From positions 412,040 through 476,039 of the forward strand of contig OY760427.1 in assembly GCA_963663495.1 (NCBI GenBank): a stretch of 64,000 nucleotides of DNA, in the 5' to 3' direction. The notes under the pieces were generated by a model, which was given only the letters and a program-made list of their open reading frames with translations, was not told where the DNA came from and did no database searches. Made by a program: the position numbers and the translations under genes. Positions 40,411 through 49,931 of this stretch are shown piece after piece (position 1 is the stretch's first letter; every line of letters begins with the position of its first letter). Source of the stretch: Rhodothermales bacterium. GTDB lineage: Bacteria; Bacteroidota; Rhodothermia; Rhodothermales; Bin80.

Positions 40411-41520
40411 ATGAGTCCACGAGATATACTTGGGGCAAACGGCAAAGGTAATCCTACATCGCGAGTCAGGGTATTCGACTTCTTTTCTGGTTGCGGCGGG
40501 GCTAGTCGTGGGTTCAAGGAAGCTGGAATGGATGTGGTGTTTGCCCTAGACTGGGACACGAACGCCAAGCGGACCTTTGAGCAAAATTTTCCGCAGACCA
40601 AGTTTGTGGCCAAGGACATCCGAAAGGTGAACGAAGACACAGTCCGCAGGCTTGTTGACCAACTGCGACCCCACCCCGTCCTGTTCTCTGGATGTGCTCC
40701 CTGCCAGCCGTTTACTCGGCAAAATACTATTCGTCCTGCGCCAGATCAAGACGAACGGGTGCCGCTGCTCCTTGAATTTCTCCGCTTCATACAGACATGC
40801 GAACCGGACATCGTGTTCGTAGAAAACGTTCCCGGGATTCAGAATGTGTGCCCTAACTCGGAGCCGATCAGTGATTTTCTTCGGGGACTGAGCGACGCGG
40901 GATACGCGAATCCGGCCTACGATTCTGTATCCTTAAAACGGTACGGGGTGCCCCAGGGCCGCAAGAGATTCCTGTTACTCGCGAGCCGGCATAGCCGACT
41001 GGATCTCCCTTGCGAGACGCACGGCCCTGGAACCGATAATCCCGACTACTCCACCGTGCGTGAGTGGATCGGTGACTTTCCAAGGCTGGCCGCTGGTGAA
41101 ACGGATCCCAACATCGCTGACCACCGCGCAGCCGGCCTATCCTCGCTTAACCTGAAACGCATTCGCGCGACACCCGAAGGCGGTGGCAACCGGGATTGGC
41201 CGGAGTGCCTTCAGCTCGCGTGCCACCAAGGTGCAACGGGGTACAGCGATGTGTACGGTCGCATGTCGTGGGACAGGCCGGCTTCTGGACTGACCACGCG
41301 GTGTATCAGCTATTCAAACGGCCGCTTCGGTCATCCCGAGCAAGATCGTGCGATCAGCGTCCGGGAAGCCGCTTGTCTTCAGACATTCCCGATGGAATTT
41401 CGTTTTTCTGGTGCCTTAACCTCAATGGCTCGGCAAATTGGTAATGCCGTGCCCGTGAGGTTGGCTACCATCGTTGGCCGCCATGTGACCAGGCACTTGG
41501 CAGAGGTGGGCCTCAGCTGA
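40411..41520 (+). CDS. dcm: DNA (cytosine-5)-methyltransferase
   Basis: Motif I FDFFSGCGGASRGF, motif IV GCAPCQPFT, motif VI FVENVPG, motif VIII QGRKRFLL, motif X IGNAVPV. ATG at 40411. Confidence 0.9.
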   Translation: MSPRDILGANGKGNPTSRVRVFDFFSGCGGASRGFKEAGMDVVFALDWDTNAKRTFEQNFPQTKFVAKDIRKVNEDTVRRLVDQLRPHPVLFSGCAPCQPFTRQNTIRPAPDQDERVPLLLEFLRFIQTCEPDIVFVENVPGIQNVCPNSEPISDFLRGLSDAGYANPAYDSVSLKRYGVPQGRKRFLLLASRHSRLDLPCETHGPGTDNPDYSTVREWIGDFPRLAAGETDPNIADHRAAGLSSLNLKRIRATPEGGGNRDWPECLQLACHQGATGYSDVYGRMSWDRPASGLTTRCISYSNGRFGHPEQDRAISVREAACLQTFPMEFRFSGALTSMARQIGNAVPVRLATIVGRHVTRHLAEVGLS

Positions 41521-44489
41521 TGGCATTTGAAGCAACCTTCAAAGCACGAGCCAGAACGCTGGACATGTTGGGGAGGCAGCAGATCGCTGGCATTCCAACA
41601 GCGATTAGCGAGCTGTTCAAAAACGCGCACGATGCGTATGCCTCTAGGGTGGTGGTGGACTACTACCGGCAGGACGGTCTGTTTGTCCTACGGGATGACG
41701 GTAACGGCATGGAAACCAGCGAATTCGTTGACCGATGGCTTACCCTAGCGACCGAGGCCAGCGTTATGCGCAACGGAGGAAAAGGTCGGCTCGCGGAGTC
41801 CGCGAAAAATGCACGCCCTGTCCTTGGAGAAAAAGGCATTGGTCGCCTCGCTATCGCTACAATCGCCCCCCAAGTGCTGGTACTTACTCGCGCGCGGCGT
41901 AATGGCGCGTTATCCGACCTCACCGCTGCCTTCGTGAACTGGCGTGTATTTGAGTGCCCTGAGCTAGATCTTCAGGACATCAGGATTCCGATTCGGACAT
42001 TTCGAGGAGGAACACTTCCCGACAAAACGGATGTTGCCAGCATGGTTGGTTATTTCCACCGTCGGAACGAGCGACTTCGCCGCCGCGTGGACAGCAAGAA
42101 ATGGGACCAATTGGAAGCCGAGCTTTCACAATTTAATGTTGATCCTTCGGAAATGGCGAAGGATATGGGTAAGCCGACGCTTCTTGGCGGCGGTCACGGT
42201 ACCCACTTCTACCTTCTACCTGCATCCACTAATCTAAAACACGACATAGCGGGGGATCGCGGCTCTGATGTGGCGCCACCGCTCCAGAGAGCACTCTTGG
42301 GGTTCACCTGTCCGTCATTTGCTGGTGGGGGCGAACCAGTCATCCACACCTCTTTTTGGGATCACCGGGTCGATGGCACCCGTGAAGATCTAATTGGGGA
42401 GAGGAGTTTCTTCACCTCCTACGAGTACGAGAATGCCGATCATCAAATCTGGGGGCGATTCGATGAGTACGGCCAGTTCAAGGGGAGTGTCACCGTGTAC
42501 GGCGATACTGTGGAGGATCATGTGATCCACTGGAGCGGCGGGAAGGGGAAGAAGACGGATTGCGGTCCGTTCCACGTCAGGTTCGCCGCAGTGGAAGGGG
42601 TGGCGCGGTATTCGACCTTGCCACCAGAGGAGCATGGCCGTATGCTTGATAAGACGCGAAAGATCGGTGGTTTGTACATCTATCGGGACGGCGTACGCAT
42701 TCAGCCGTACGGAAACACCGACTACGATTGGCTCGAAATCGAACTCCGACGGACAAAAAGTGCTTCGTACTACTATTTCTCCTACCGGCAGATGTTTGGT
42801 GTCGTTGAGGTAGACTCAACCCACAATGGGCGGCTTCGCGAGAAGGCTGGTCGCGAAGGATTTCGCAAGAACAAGGCGTTCCGTGACTTACGGGGAATAC
42901 TGAAGAGCTTCCTCGTGCAGATCGCCGCAGATTTCTTCCGTCAGGAGGGCGTACATGGCGATCGGTTCGTGAGTCGGAAGCGGGAGATAGAGGAAAACGA
43001 ACGGCATCTACGCGCACGCTCCAAGCAAGTCACCGCTAAGCGCACCAAGTTCAAGAAGGAATTGACCGCATTCTTCAACCGGATGGAGACTGAGAAGCCG
43101 CTTGAAAGGATCTTGGAATTGGGTGAGAAAATTGAGGCGCGCGTTAGGGAGGCAGGCCTTGATACGGATCGTCTGAGGGCGGCCAGACGGATCATCAAAA
43201 TTGAAAGTGAAGCACGAAAGGGACTCAAGGATCTGGAAGCCAGCTATCAGGTCTCCAAGCCCCGAATTGGTATGAGCCGAGCCTTGCAACGGGAGTGGGG
43301 CGATTATCAGGAGGCGTTCGCGAACCTCCGCGAGAGCAGTCACAACCTCCGTGACATGATTGAGAGCGTCGTGACACAGGAAGTGACCGACGCGGGAGTT
43401 AGCCTAAGTGCGCGAAAGCGCATAGAGACAGCTCTCAACGAGGAAGGACAATCTGCGCGGCGCGAGATCAGAAAACTTCGCAAGGATGTGGTGAAGGAGG
43501 CCGAGGATATCCTTGTCGGTGTACAAGCTATCGGGCGCCAGTGTGTTCGGGATGTTGAGTCGGCGATCCGGGCCACGATGGCCAATTTCGCTCGGCGTGA
43601 ATTTGAGAACATTGACGACCAGCAACTGATTGCGGTACGCTCGGACTTGGAGGCACCAATCCGCAAGGCTTTGGACAACGCTACTGGTAAGCTTAGCGCA
43701 CTGCGCTTCCAGCTGGCAGCGGTCGTCCTTAGGAATGACTCCTCCCTGGTAGATCAGCTTGAAGCGGTTGAACAGAGCAATCTCACGTTACGGGAGCAGG
43801 CTTCCGTCGACCTCCACCTCGTACAGGTCGGCATGGCAATTGAGATTATTAGCCACGAATTCGGCGCAGCCATCCGTTCAGTCCGGTCGGGGCTTCGAAG
43901 TCTCAAGGCCTGGGCTGACCTGAACCAAGACCTGAAGTCGCTTTATCAAGGGATCCGCGGCAGCTTTGACCACCTTGATGGTTACCTCACCCTCTTCACA
44001 CCGCTTCAAAGGAGGCTTTACCGCAAAGCGGTGGACATCCATGGATGGGAGATCTACGAGTTTCTGACTAACCTATTCGGCCAGCGACTGGCCAGACATA
44101 ATGTCCACATGACTCGAACCGATGCTTTTGCCGCTGCTATGGTAACTGGTTATCCGTCTTCGTTTTACCCTGTCTTTGTCAATCTCGTGGACAACGCGAT
44201 CTATTGGCTCGCCGGCAAGAACGAGCGCTTTGAACGGCGAATCCGGCTTGATGCATCTGGAAATACGTTCTGTATCTCGGATTCGGGTCCAGGAATCCAT
44301 GGCCGTGATCAAGACTACATCTTTGATATCGGGTTTACCCGGAAGCCGGGGGGACGTGGTATGGGATTACACATCTCAAGGGCAACATTACGCGAAGTAG
44401 GCTATGACCTGATCCACCAAGCGGATGCCCCGGGGCAGGGTGCAACATTTGTTATCATACCGATCAGGAAAAAGGGACGGGCGCATTGA
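41520..44489 (+). CDS. Fusion protein: N-terminal MORC/MutL/Hsp90-type GHKL ATPase module + C-terminal histidine-kinase core (H-box + HATPase_c)
   Basis: N-terminal ELFKNAHDAYA, LRDDGNGM, GEKGIGRLA. C-terminal H-box AIEIISHEFGAAIRS (His codon 43854-43856), N box VNLVDNAIYW, G1 SDSGPGI, F IFDIGFT, G2 GRGMGLH. The ATG overlaps the dcm stop (TGATG). Confidence 0.75.
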   Translation: MAFEATFKARARTLDMLGRQQIAGIPTAISELFKNAHDAYASRVVVDYYRQDGLFVLRDDGNGMETSEFVDRWLTLATEASVMRNGGKGRLAESAKNARPVLGEKGIGRLAIATIAPQVLVLTRARRNGALSDLTAAFVNWRVFECPELDLQDIRIPIRTFRGGTLPDKTDVASMVGYFHRRNERLRRRVDSKKWDQLEAELSQFNVDPSEMAKDMGKPTLLGGGHGTHFYLLPASTNLKHDIAGDRGSDVAPPLQRALLGFTCPSFAGGGEPVIHTSFWDHRVDGTREDLIGERSFFTSYEYENADHQIWGRFDEYGQFKGSVTVYGDTVEDHVIHWSGGKGKKTDCGPFHVRFAAVEGVARYSTLPPEEHGRMLDKTRKIGGLYIYRDGVRIQPYGNTDYDWLEIELRRTKSASYYYFSYRQMFGVVEVDSTHNGRLREKAGREGFRKNKAFRDLRGILKSFLVQIAADFFRQEGVHGDRFVSRKREIEENERHLRARSKQVTAKRTKFKKELTAFFNRMETEKPLERILELGEKIEARVREAGLDTDRLRAARRIIKIESEARKGLKDLEASYQVSKPRIGMSRALQREWGDYQEAFANLRESSHNLRDMIESVVTQEVTDAGVSLSARKRIETALNEEGQSARREIRKLRKDVVKEAEDILVGVQAIGRQCVRDVESAIRATMANFARREFENIDDQQLIAVRSDLEAPIRKALDNATGKLSALRFQLAAVVLRNDSSLVDQLEAVEQSNLTLREQASVDLHLVQVGMAIEIISHEFGAAIRSVRSGLRSLKAWADLNQDLKSLYQGIRGSFDHLDGYLTLFTPLQRRLYRKAVDIHGWEIYEFLTNLFGQRLARHNVHMTRTDAFAAAMVTGYPSSFYPVFVNLVDNAIYWLAGKNERFERRIRLDASGNTFCISDSGPGIHGRDQDYIFDIGFTRKPGGRGMGLHISRATLREVGYDLIHQADAPGQGATFVIIPIRKKGRAH

Positions 44490-46084
44490 TGTGCACTGAA
44501 GACTACGCAGAGCACTGTAGAGAGATTGCACGGCGTTTCCTCCTTACGGCGGTCGTAGTCGACGACGAACTCGCTGTTGTTGACGATGCTGTTGTCCACC
44601 GTAAACTCACGACGCCCGGACGGGGTGTGTCAATGCCGACAGCAATGGAGTCCGGTCCAACTCAGAACCGCTCGCTCAATGTTAACCTAATCACACGGTC
44701 CTTTGCTCGGCTCGGCATGATTTGTGGGCTGGTATCACCACTGAAAGGGGAGGATACCGAGGAGCTGCTTGCCAAAGCCGTCGCTCGTGCGGATATTGTG
44801 ATTTTGGACTGGATTTTGGACCGGACGACCGGCGCCAACGCGCTGCAGCTGTTGAAGCGGATTCTGACTGAAGACCAGCCTCGCCGACTTCGCCTGCTAG
44901 CGTTCTACACCGGCGAGCCCGATCATGACAAGATTCGCGTAAAGATCGTCGAGTGCGTTAACGGAATTGACGACCTGTACAAAGCGGGATGCCCCAGCGA
45001 TGGCAGCGACAAAGCCATCAGCTACCGTTCTTGCCGGATTGTAGTGTACGGGAAGCCCGGATCTGGTACCCGTGATTTGGAAAGCGAGGTTGACGAGGAG
45101 AAATTGGCCGACCGGCTAATCGCCGATTTCGCCAGTATGGTTGAGGGGCTTCTGCCCAGTTTGGTTCTTACCGCTCTGGGCGCAGTTCGGGAGAATGTGT
45201 ATCAATTGCTGGAGTGTTTCGGACCCGATCTTGACCCGGCATTTCTTGTGCATCGCGTATGCTTACCACAACCTGCGGATTCTGATCTACACATCGTAGA
45301 ACAGATCACAAGTGAATTGCATGGGATCATGGAAGACGCGGTCGGTAAATGGCGTCCGGCGGGAATCCGTGCGATTAAGCTATGGCTCGAGAAGCACTTC
45401 CCCGAAAATGAAGACATCGTGCTTGCACCGAGGAGTAAAGGTCAGGACGCTAAGCGGATATCTCGGGGCAAAGCCATTGATTTGCTTAAGAATGGCATTA
45501 AGGAGAGCTCAGGACCACTTAAAAAGAATGGCAGCGAATACGATCTTCTCTCTCATGGATTCACGGGGGGCGCAGATAACAGCCGGGAACTTGATCAACG
45601 TCTCGCCGCCGTTATGAGCTTTCGTCAGGTACCGCCTTCCGATCGGCGCCAGCTATCATTGGGCACGGTAATGGTCAAAGACGAAAATAAATCAGGAACC
45701 TTCCTCCTTTGTGTCACTCCGCAATGCGATAGCGTTCGATTGACCGGAACGACAAAATTTCTTTTCCTCCGACTCACAAACGCCAAAGCCAATACCTCGC
45801 GGCTTGTGGTGCCGGTCAGCGATACCGAACACCGGTGCATGACCATATCACTGAATCCATCGCAGTGGTGTCAGCTAAAATTCGCACGCGACCGTGAGGT
45901 GCGCTGCGTATTGGCGCAGCGGAATGATACCGATAATTCCTTCACGTTTAAGGATAAGAACGACATAGCATACCGCTGGGTAGGAGAGTTGAAGTTCGGA
46001 CAGGCCCAGGCAATCGCGATGTTAATTGCCCAAAGAATGTCTAGGATCCCTCTCAACCAGTCGGAGTGGCTCAGACGGTCATAG
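44489..46084 (+). CDS. Receiver (REC) domain protein with an about 340-aa uncharacterised C-terminal domain
   Basis: AVVVDDEL (acidic pair), ADIVILDWILD (Asp codon 44807-44809), LLAFYTGEP (Thr), VVYGKPG (Lys-Pro). The ATG overlaps the upstream stop (TGATG). Confidence 0.65.
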   Translation: MCTEDYAEHCREIARRFLLTAVVVDDELAVVDDAVVHRKLTTPGRGVSMPTAMESGPTQNRSLNVNLITRSFARLGMICGLVSPLKGEDTEELLAKAVARADIVILDWILDRTTGANALQLLKRILTEDQPRRLRLLAFYTGEPDHDKIRVKIVECVNGIDDLYKAGCPSDGSDKAISYRSCRIVVYGKPGSGTRDLESEVDEEKLADRLIADFASMVEGLLPSLVLTALGAVRENVYQLLECFGPDLDPAFLVHRVCLPQPADSDLHIVEQITSELHGIMEDAVGKWRPAGIRAIKLWLEKHFPENEDIVLAPRSKGQDAKRISRGKAIDLLKNGIKESSGPLKKNGSEYDLLSHGFTGGADNSRELDQRLAAVMSFRQVPPSDRRQLSLGTVMVKDENKSGTFLLCVTPQCDSVRLTGTTKFLFLRLTNAKANTSRLVVPVSDTEHRCMTISLNPSQWCQLKFARDREVRCVLAQRNDTDNSFTFKDKNDIAYRWVGELKFGQAQAIAMLIAQRMSRIPLNQSEWLRRS

Positions 46085-46172
46085 AGTCATGCGATTGCAG
46101 GAAGACCAATGACGGCCCGGGTTAATGTCCTGATCACACCCCCAATTCCCAGAGTACCCGCTGCGGCTCTCC

Positions 46173-46449
46173 TCAAAGAAACCCAACTCTCCGCGCGGCG
46201 ATCGCTTCCAGATCGGACTTATCACATTCTTGGATCACAATCACTCGCCACCCGATTTGGTGGAAGGCTTCCCCATTCCGCAGGTCTTGGACGACATTGC
46301 CATTGAACTAGTTCTTGTAGAACTGAAGGTCATGTAGTGTTTCTCGTTGAATTCGGGACGTGGAGTAGCTTTCGCATCCTGTAACCTGCCGATGCTAGCG
46401 GCAATACGGTTGGCAAGATTAGGGGGCTAACTCTTGTTGGGTTTCCATA
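46173..46449 (-). pseudogene. vsr: Decayed very-short-patch repair endonuclease (vsr) remnant, frameshifted and split by the 46450-49798 insertion
   Basis: C-terminal frame NGNVVQDLRNGEAFHQIGWRVIVIQECDKSDLEAIAARRVGFL resembles the Vsr ...N.ERD......L...GWRVL.VWEC tail. An upstream frame gives ATPRPEFNEKH (compare PATRTEFWLEKI). Confidence 0.45.
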
Positions 46450-46910
46450 GGGAGTTATATGGCTGAGTGCCACGCGTTTTCGCAGGCGTTACTTTTTGTG
46501 CTTTGGTGGTGCAGACAGGATGGCTTTCGCCAGTTCTTCCAATGTGGTAGGGATGGATTGTTGGATATTGAGAATGTCGTTTGTCACGGGGCGGCCGGGG
46601 CGTTTCGTTTCCTGAATCTTGTTACCGGGCTTCGGGGATTTATCTATGCGCATGGCGTTATAAGCTATAGAGTAGCACTAATCCATTGGGGCAGAATACC
46701 GAAATGATTGCATGGCGGACATCTGCTTAGAGCATGTAGGAGGCTGCATATCCAGTTTTCACGACAGTCGATCAATTTCAGGACCGATTCCTTGGCTTAT
46801 ATCGGGATGCTCTTGACAATGCGGAAGTACTGGGCGGACCCCGGTACGGGCCACGAAGCGCACCGGACGAACCCATGAGACGCGGGCCATCAAGCACAGA
46901 CATGGAAAAG

Positions 46911-47093
46911 CTAGCACATAACGGCCTTGACCACCGGAATGGGTACGGCGTTGCCAGTAAGCCGTCTGACAGTCGTTATCGGACTGTCAATCTCGTAGCT
47001 GTCGGGGAAGCCTTGCAGGCGCAGTATTGCGCGGCCCGTTAGTCTCCGTCCACGAGCAAGCAGTTGTAGCTGGCCGATGCCCGGAGTGCGCAT
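46911..47093 (-). pseudogene. C-terminal fragment of a second C5 DNA methyltransferase
   Basis: RLTGRAILRLQGFPDSYEI...RLTGNAVPIPVV matches the motif IX-X region of C5-MTases. No N-terminal part present. Confidence 0.6.
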
Positions 47094-47131
47094 GAGTACG
47101 GATGGCTTGATACGTTGCCGCTTACGTCTGG

Positions 47132-48088
47132 CTATGAAATGAGGGATTTGTACATGAGCCGTTTACCGACCAGTCCTTGAGCAATTATTGCCATTTGCTC
47201 CGCTGTGTCGAAGTCGCGTGCATTGTGTCGCCCTGCAAATTCGTTCACGTACCGCTGTAGGTGTTTCTTGCTCATGTGGTGGTACGTTCCGTAGTACCCA
47301 CGCTTCAGCAATGACCAGAAGCTCTCTACGCCATTGGTGTGGACCTGCTCACGAACGTATTCGCCAACAGAGTGACGTACGTAGGCGTAGTTGTTGCGGC
47401 CCCGGTATGTTGACGAACCATCCGTATAGACCTCGGTGTCTTCCGAGACATGGGTATCCACAAACGCATTGAGCGTCTGTCCGTCTGTGTTTTCTACTAC
47501 TTGGGCAGAAATACTATTGGTGACACGATCACGGACTCCTACAACGGCTTTCTTACCTACTGGCCCACGGCCTGCATTCAGCTTCTTACTGGCGTGCCTG
47601 TTCTTTTCCTTACCACCGAAGTAGGCTTCGTCAACCTCTACCGGACCGGCAAATAGTGCATGCTCTCCATTCCATGATTATCGAATACGGTGGGACAGAT
47701 GCCACGCTGTAGTCTGGGTTATGCTAAGGTCACGATGCAGCTTCATGCTGGATACGCCCTTGATACTGGTAGTCATGATGTAAATGGCTAATGCCCATAC
47801 CTGGTATCCCAGTTTCGAGTCCTGCATTACTGTTCCTATGCGGATACTGAATCGTTTACCGCAACTACGGCAACGATAAGGCATGCTAGGATGCTTGGCG
47901 CCGCACTGTACGTTGTTAGACGCACAGTGCGGGCAAACAGGAGTGTCGCCCCAACGCTTCATTGCGAACCATGCTTCGGCTGATGGGTCGTCTGGAAACA
48001 TTTTGGTTAGCTTGATCAAGGACACTCCTTCACGATCAGCCCGTCCAGGGCCATTGGTGTTTCTGTTGTTTCTTTTCTTTGAAGGCAT
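47132..48088 (-). pseudogene. IS1595-family transposase with a single in-frame TAA (47678-47680)
   Basis: N-terminal zinc ribbon CPHCASNNVQC...CRSCGKRFS. C-terminal DDE_Tnp_IS1595-type HTNGVESFWSLLKRGYYGTYHHMSKKHLQRYVNEFAGRHN. ORFs 47678-48088 and 47132-47461 are in the same frame and the stretch between them is open. Confidence 0.8.
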
Positions 48089-48341
48089 CTAGTGGGTCAT
48101 CAATCTATCACGGGATGGTGCCCATTTTCGGCATAATCGGTTCCCGCTTTACGCGACCACACTGCAATTATTTCAACAATTTAACGCGCGGGCACTCAAC
48201 TGTATAACTACCATAGGTATCACTCACAGTACGGGAGCTCGCCCATCCGGCTACGACAACACACCGTGTCAAGCGCCGTGGTGGCACAAGACCGTGTGAG
48301 CACACGAATTGTTTTGGAGGACTTACGTCAAGGTTACATTT

Positions 48342-48512
48342 GGGAGTTATATGGCTGAGTGCCACGCGTTTTCGCAGGAGTTACTTTTTGTACTTTGGTG
48401 GTGCAGACAGGATGGCTTTCGCCAGTTTCTCATAATCGGTTCCCGCTTTTCACGACAAACTGCAATTATTTCAAATAACTCAACACGTGGGTATTCATGC
48501 TATATAATTGCC
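48342..48512 (+). mobile_element. 171-bp MITE of the same family as 5333-5503, placed 8 bp upstream of the tnpB unit
   Basis: GGGAGTTATATGGCTGAGTGCCACGCG ... CACGTGGGTATTCATGCTATATAATTGCC. Its right half matches the IS1595 5' arm at 48130-48212. Confidence 0.8.
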
Positions 48513-48542
48513 ATATATCAGGGAGTTATATACCACAGTGCC

Positions 48543-49793
48543 ATGCCCGAAACGGTTAGTGCATACCGCAATATTACATACAGGCTGTTGCCCGGAAGTC
48601 GGAGTAACGCCAAGCACCTTGCTGGATTAGCGGGTGCGTGTAGGTTTGTGTGGAATGCCATCCTCGCAGAGCAGAGCGAGGCGTACAAGAAAGCGAAAGA
48701 GGCTGGAGAGAAGCCGCCCTCGGTAAGCTTCTTCTCGCTGGGGAAGCGGTTCACGGCGCTGCGCCGCACGGTCGAGTGGCTACCTGAATACTCCTTTGGT
48801 GTCGTTAGATACACATTGAAATATCAGGCGGATGCATGGAAGGCATTCTTCAAGGAGGGTAAGAGAAGACCGAGATTCCATTCTAGACGTGGTAGTACGC
48901 CTTCGTTCACGATCCTGGATAACGTAAGGGTTCGGGATGGCAAGCTGTATATCCCGAAAGTGGGATATATGGCACTCCGCAGGCGGGGAGGCAACCCGTA
49001 CCCTGATGGTATACCCGTCAAAGCCACGGTAAAGAAGAACGCCGGCAAAGGGTATGCTATCATCTGCTACAAGATGGAGGCACCTGTAATAGAGGATACC
49101 GGCGGTGCTGTAGGCATTGACCGTAATTGCGGGCAGGTCGCTATGGTCTCCACAGAGGGCGATACAAGCATTATCAGACAACCGGATACCAAGCGTCTTG
49201 ATGCCAAGTTGAAGCGGCATCAGCGAAGACTGGCGAGACAGAAGAAAGGCTCCAACCGTCGTAACAGGCGGAAGCATAGCATCGCCCGCATACAGCGCAA
49301 GCGTGCTAACGTCCTCAAGAATGCGAACCACCAGGTAAGTCGCAGTATTGCCAATTGCTCCTCAACGGTGATACTGGAGGACCTGAAGATCAAAGCGATG
49401 ACACGTTCAGCTAAGGGGACGATGGAGAGCTTTGGCACAAACGTCAGACTGAAGTCTGGCCTCAACCGTGGGATACTGCGAACAGGTTGGGGCCAGCTGG
49501 ATCAGATGCTGGGCTATAAGTGCCGCAAGGTGATAAAGGTTACCGCTGCCTATACGAGTCAGCGGTGTTCTGTGTGTGGGCACACAGAAGCGAGTACCCG
49601 TAAGACACGGAGCAAATTCACGTGTATGTCCTGTGGACATGCGGATCATGCAGACCTGAATGCGGCTGCAAACATACTGGCCTCCGGGATTGGGGCTTCT
49701 GCACGGCGAGGGGCGTTCGGGTTACTGACCCCTATGACCCGTGAAATTGATACTAGTGCCTCACTGTGTACAGTTGGTCACTCACGTATATAA
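48543..49793 (+). CDS. tnpB: TnpB (OrfB_IS605-type RNA-guided endonuclease family), 416 aa
   Basis: RuvC-like GIDRNCG, ILEDLKIK, HADLNAAANI. Zn finger CSVCGH...CMSCGH. ATG 48543: the track ORF start at 48309 reads through the MITE. Confidence 0.9.
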   Translation: MPETVSAYRNITYRLLPGSRSNAKHLAGLAGACRFVWNAILAEQSEAYKKAKEAGEKPPSVSFFSLGKRFTALRRTVEWLPEYSFGVVRYTLKYQADAWKAFFKEGKRRPRFHSRRGSTPSFTILDNVRVRDGKLYIPKVGYMALRRRGGNPYPDGIPVKATVKKNAGKGYAIICYKMEAPVIEDTGGAVGIDRNCGQVAMVSTEGDTSIIRQPDTKRLDAKLKRHQRRLARQKKGSNRRNRRKHSIARIQRKRANVLKNANHQVSRSIANCSSTVILEDLKIKAMTRSAKGTMESFGTNVRLKSGLNRGILRTGWGQLDQMLGYKCRKVIKVTAAYTSQRCSVCGHTEASTRKTRSKFTCMSCGHADHADLNAAANILASGIGASARRGAFGLLTPMTREIDTSASLCTVGHSRI

Positions 49794-49931
49794 TTCCCTT
49801 TCCATAACAGCGCGCACGCAAAGCAGGGTCGAACATGCTGCCCCAAAACATCCACACAAAGTTCCAGAAAATGCAGCGCAGCCTTCCCACATGATGGAGG
49901 ACGAATCGTCTCCCACCTCGGGTCCGGTCTG

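Larger units (their letters stand above)
46450..49798 (+). mobile_element. 3.35-kb composite/nested element bounded by IS1595-type ends: left end, passenger DNA, IS1595 transposase pseudogene, MITE, tnpB unit
   Basis: Outer ends GGGAGTTATATGGCTGAGTG (46450) and CACTCACGTATATAATTCCC (ends 49798). 8-bp direct repeat TTTCCATA at 46442-46449 and 49799-49806. Confidence 0.65.

Noticed and set aside
46109-46306. 65-aa plus-strand ORF downstream of the REC gene as a fourth operon member
   Set aside because: It lies antisense to the better-supported Vsr-like C-terminal frame and has no start context or motif.
48309-48542. N-terminal 78-aa extension of TnpB suggested by the ORF track (start 48309)
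   Set aside because: The extension is simply read-through of the 171-bp MITE. The second copy starts at the ATG equivalent to 48543 and gives the same 416-aa protein.
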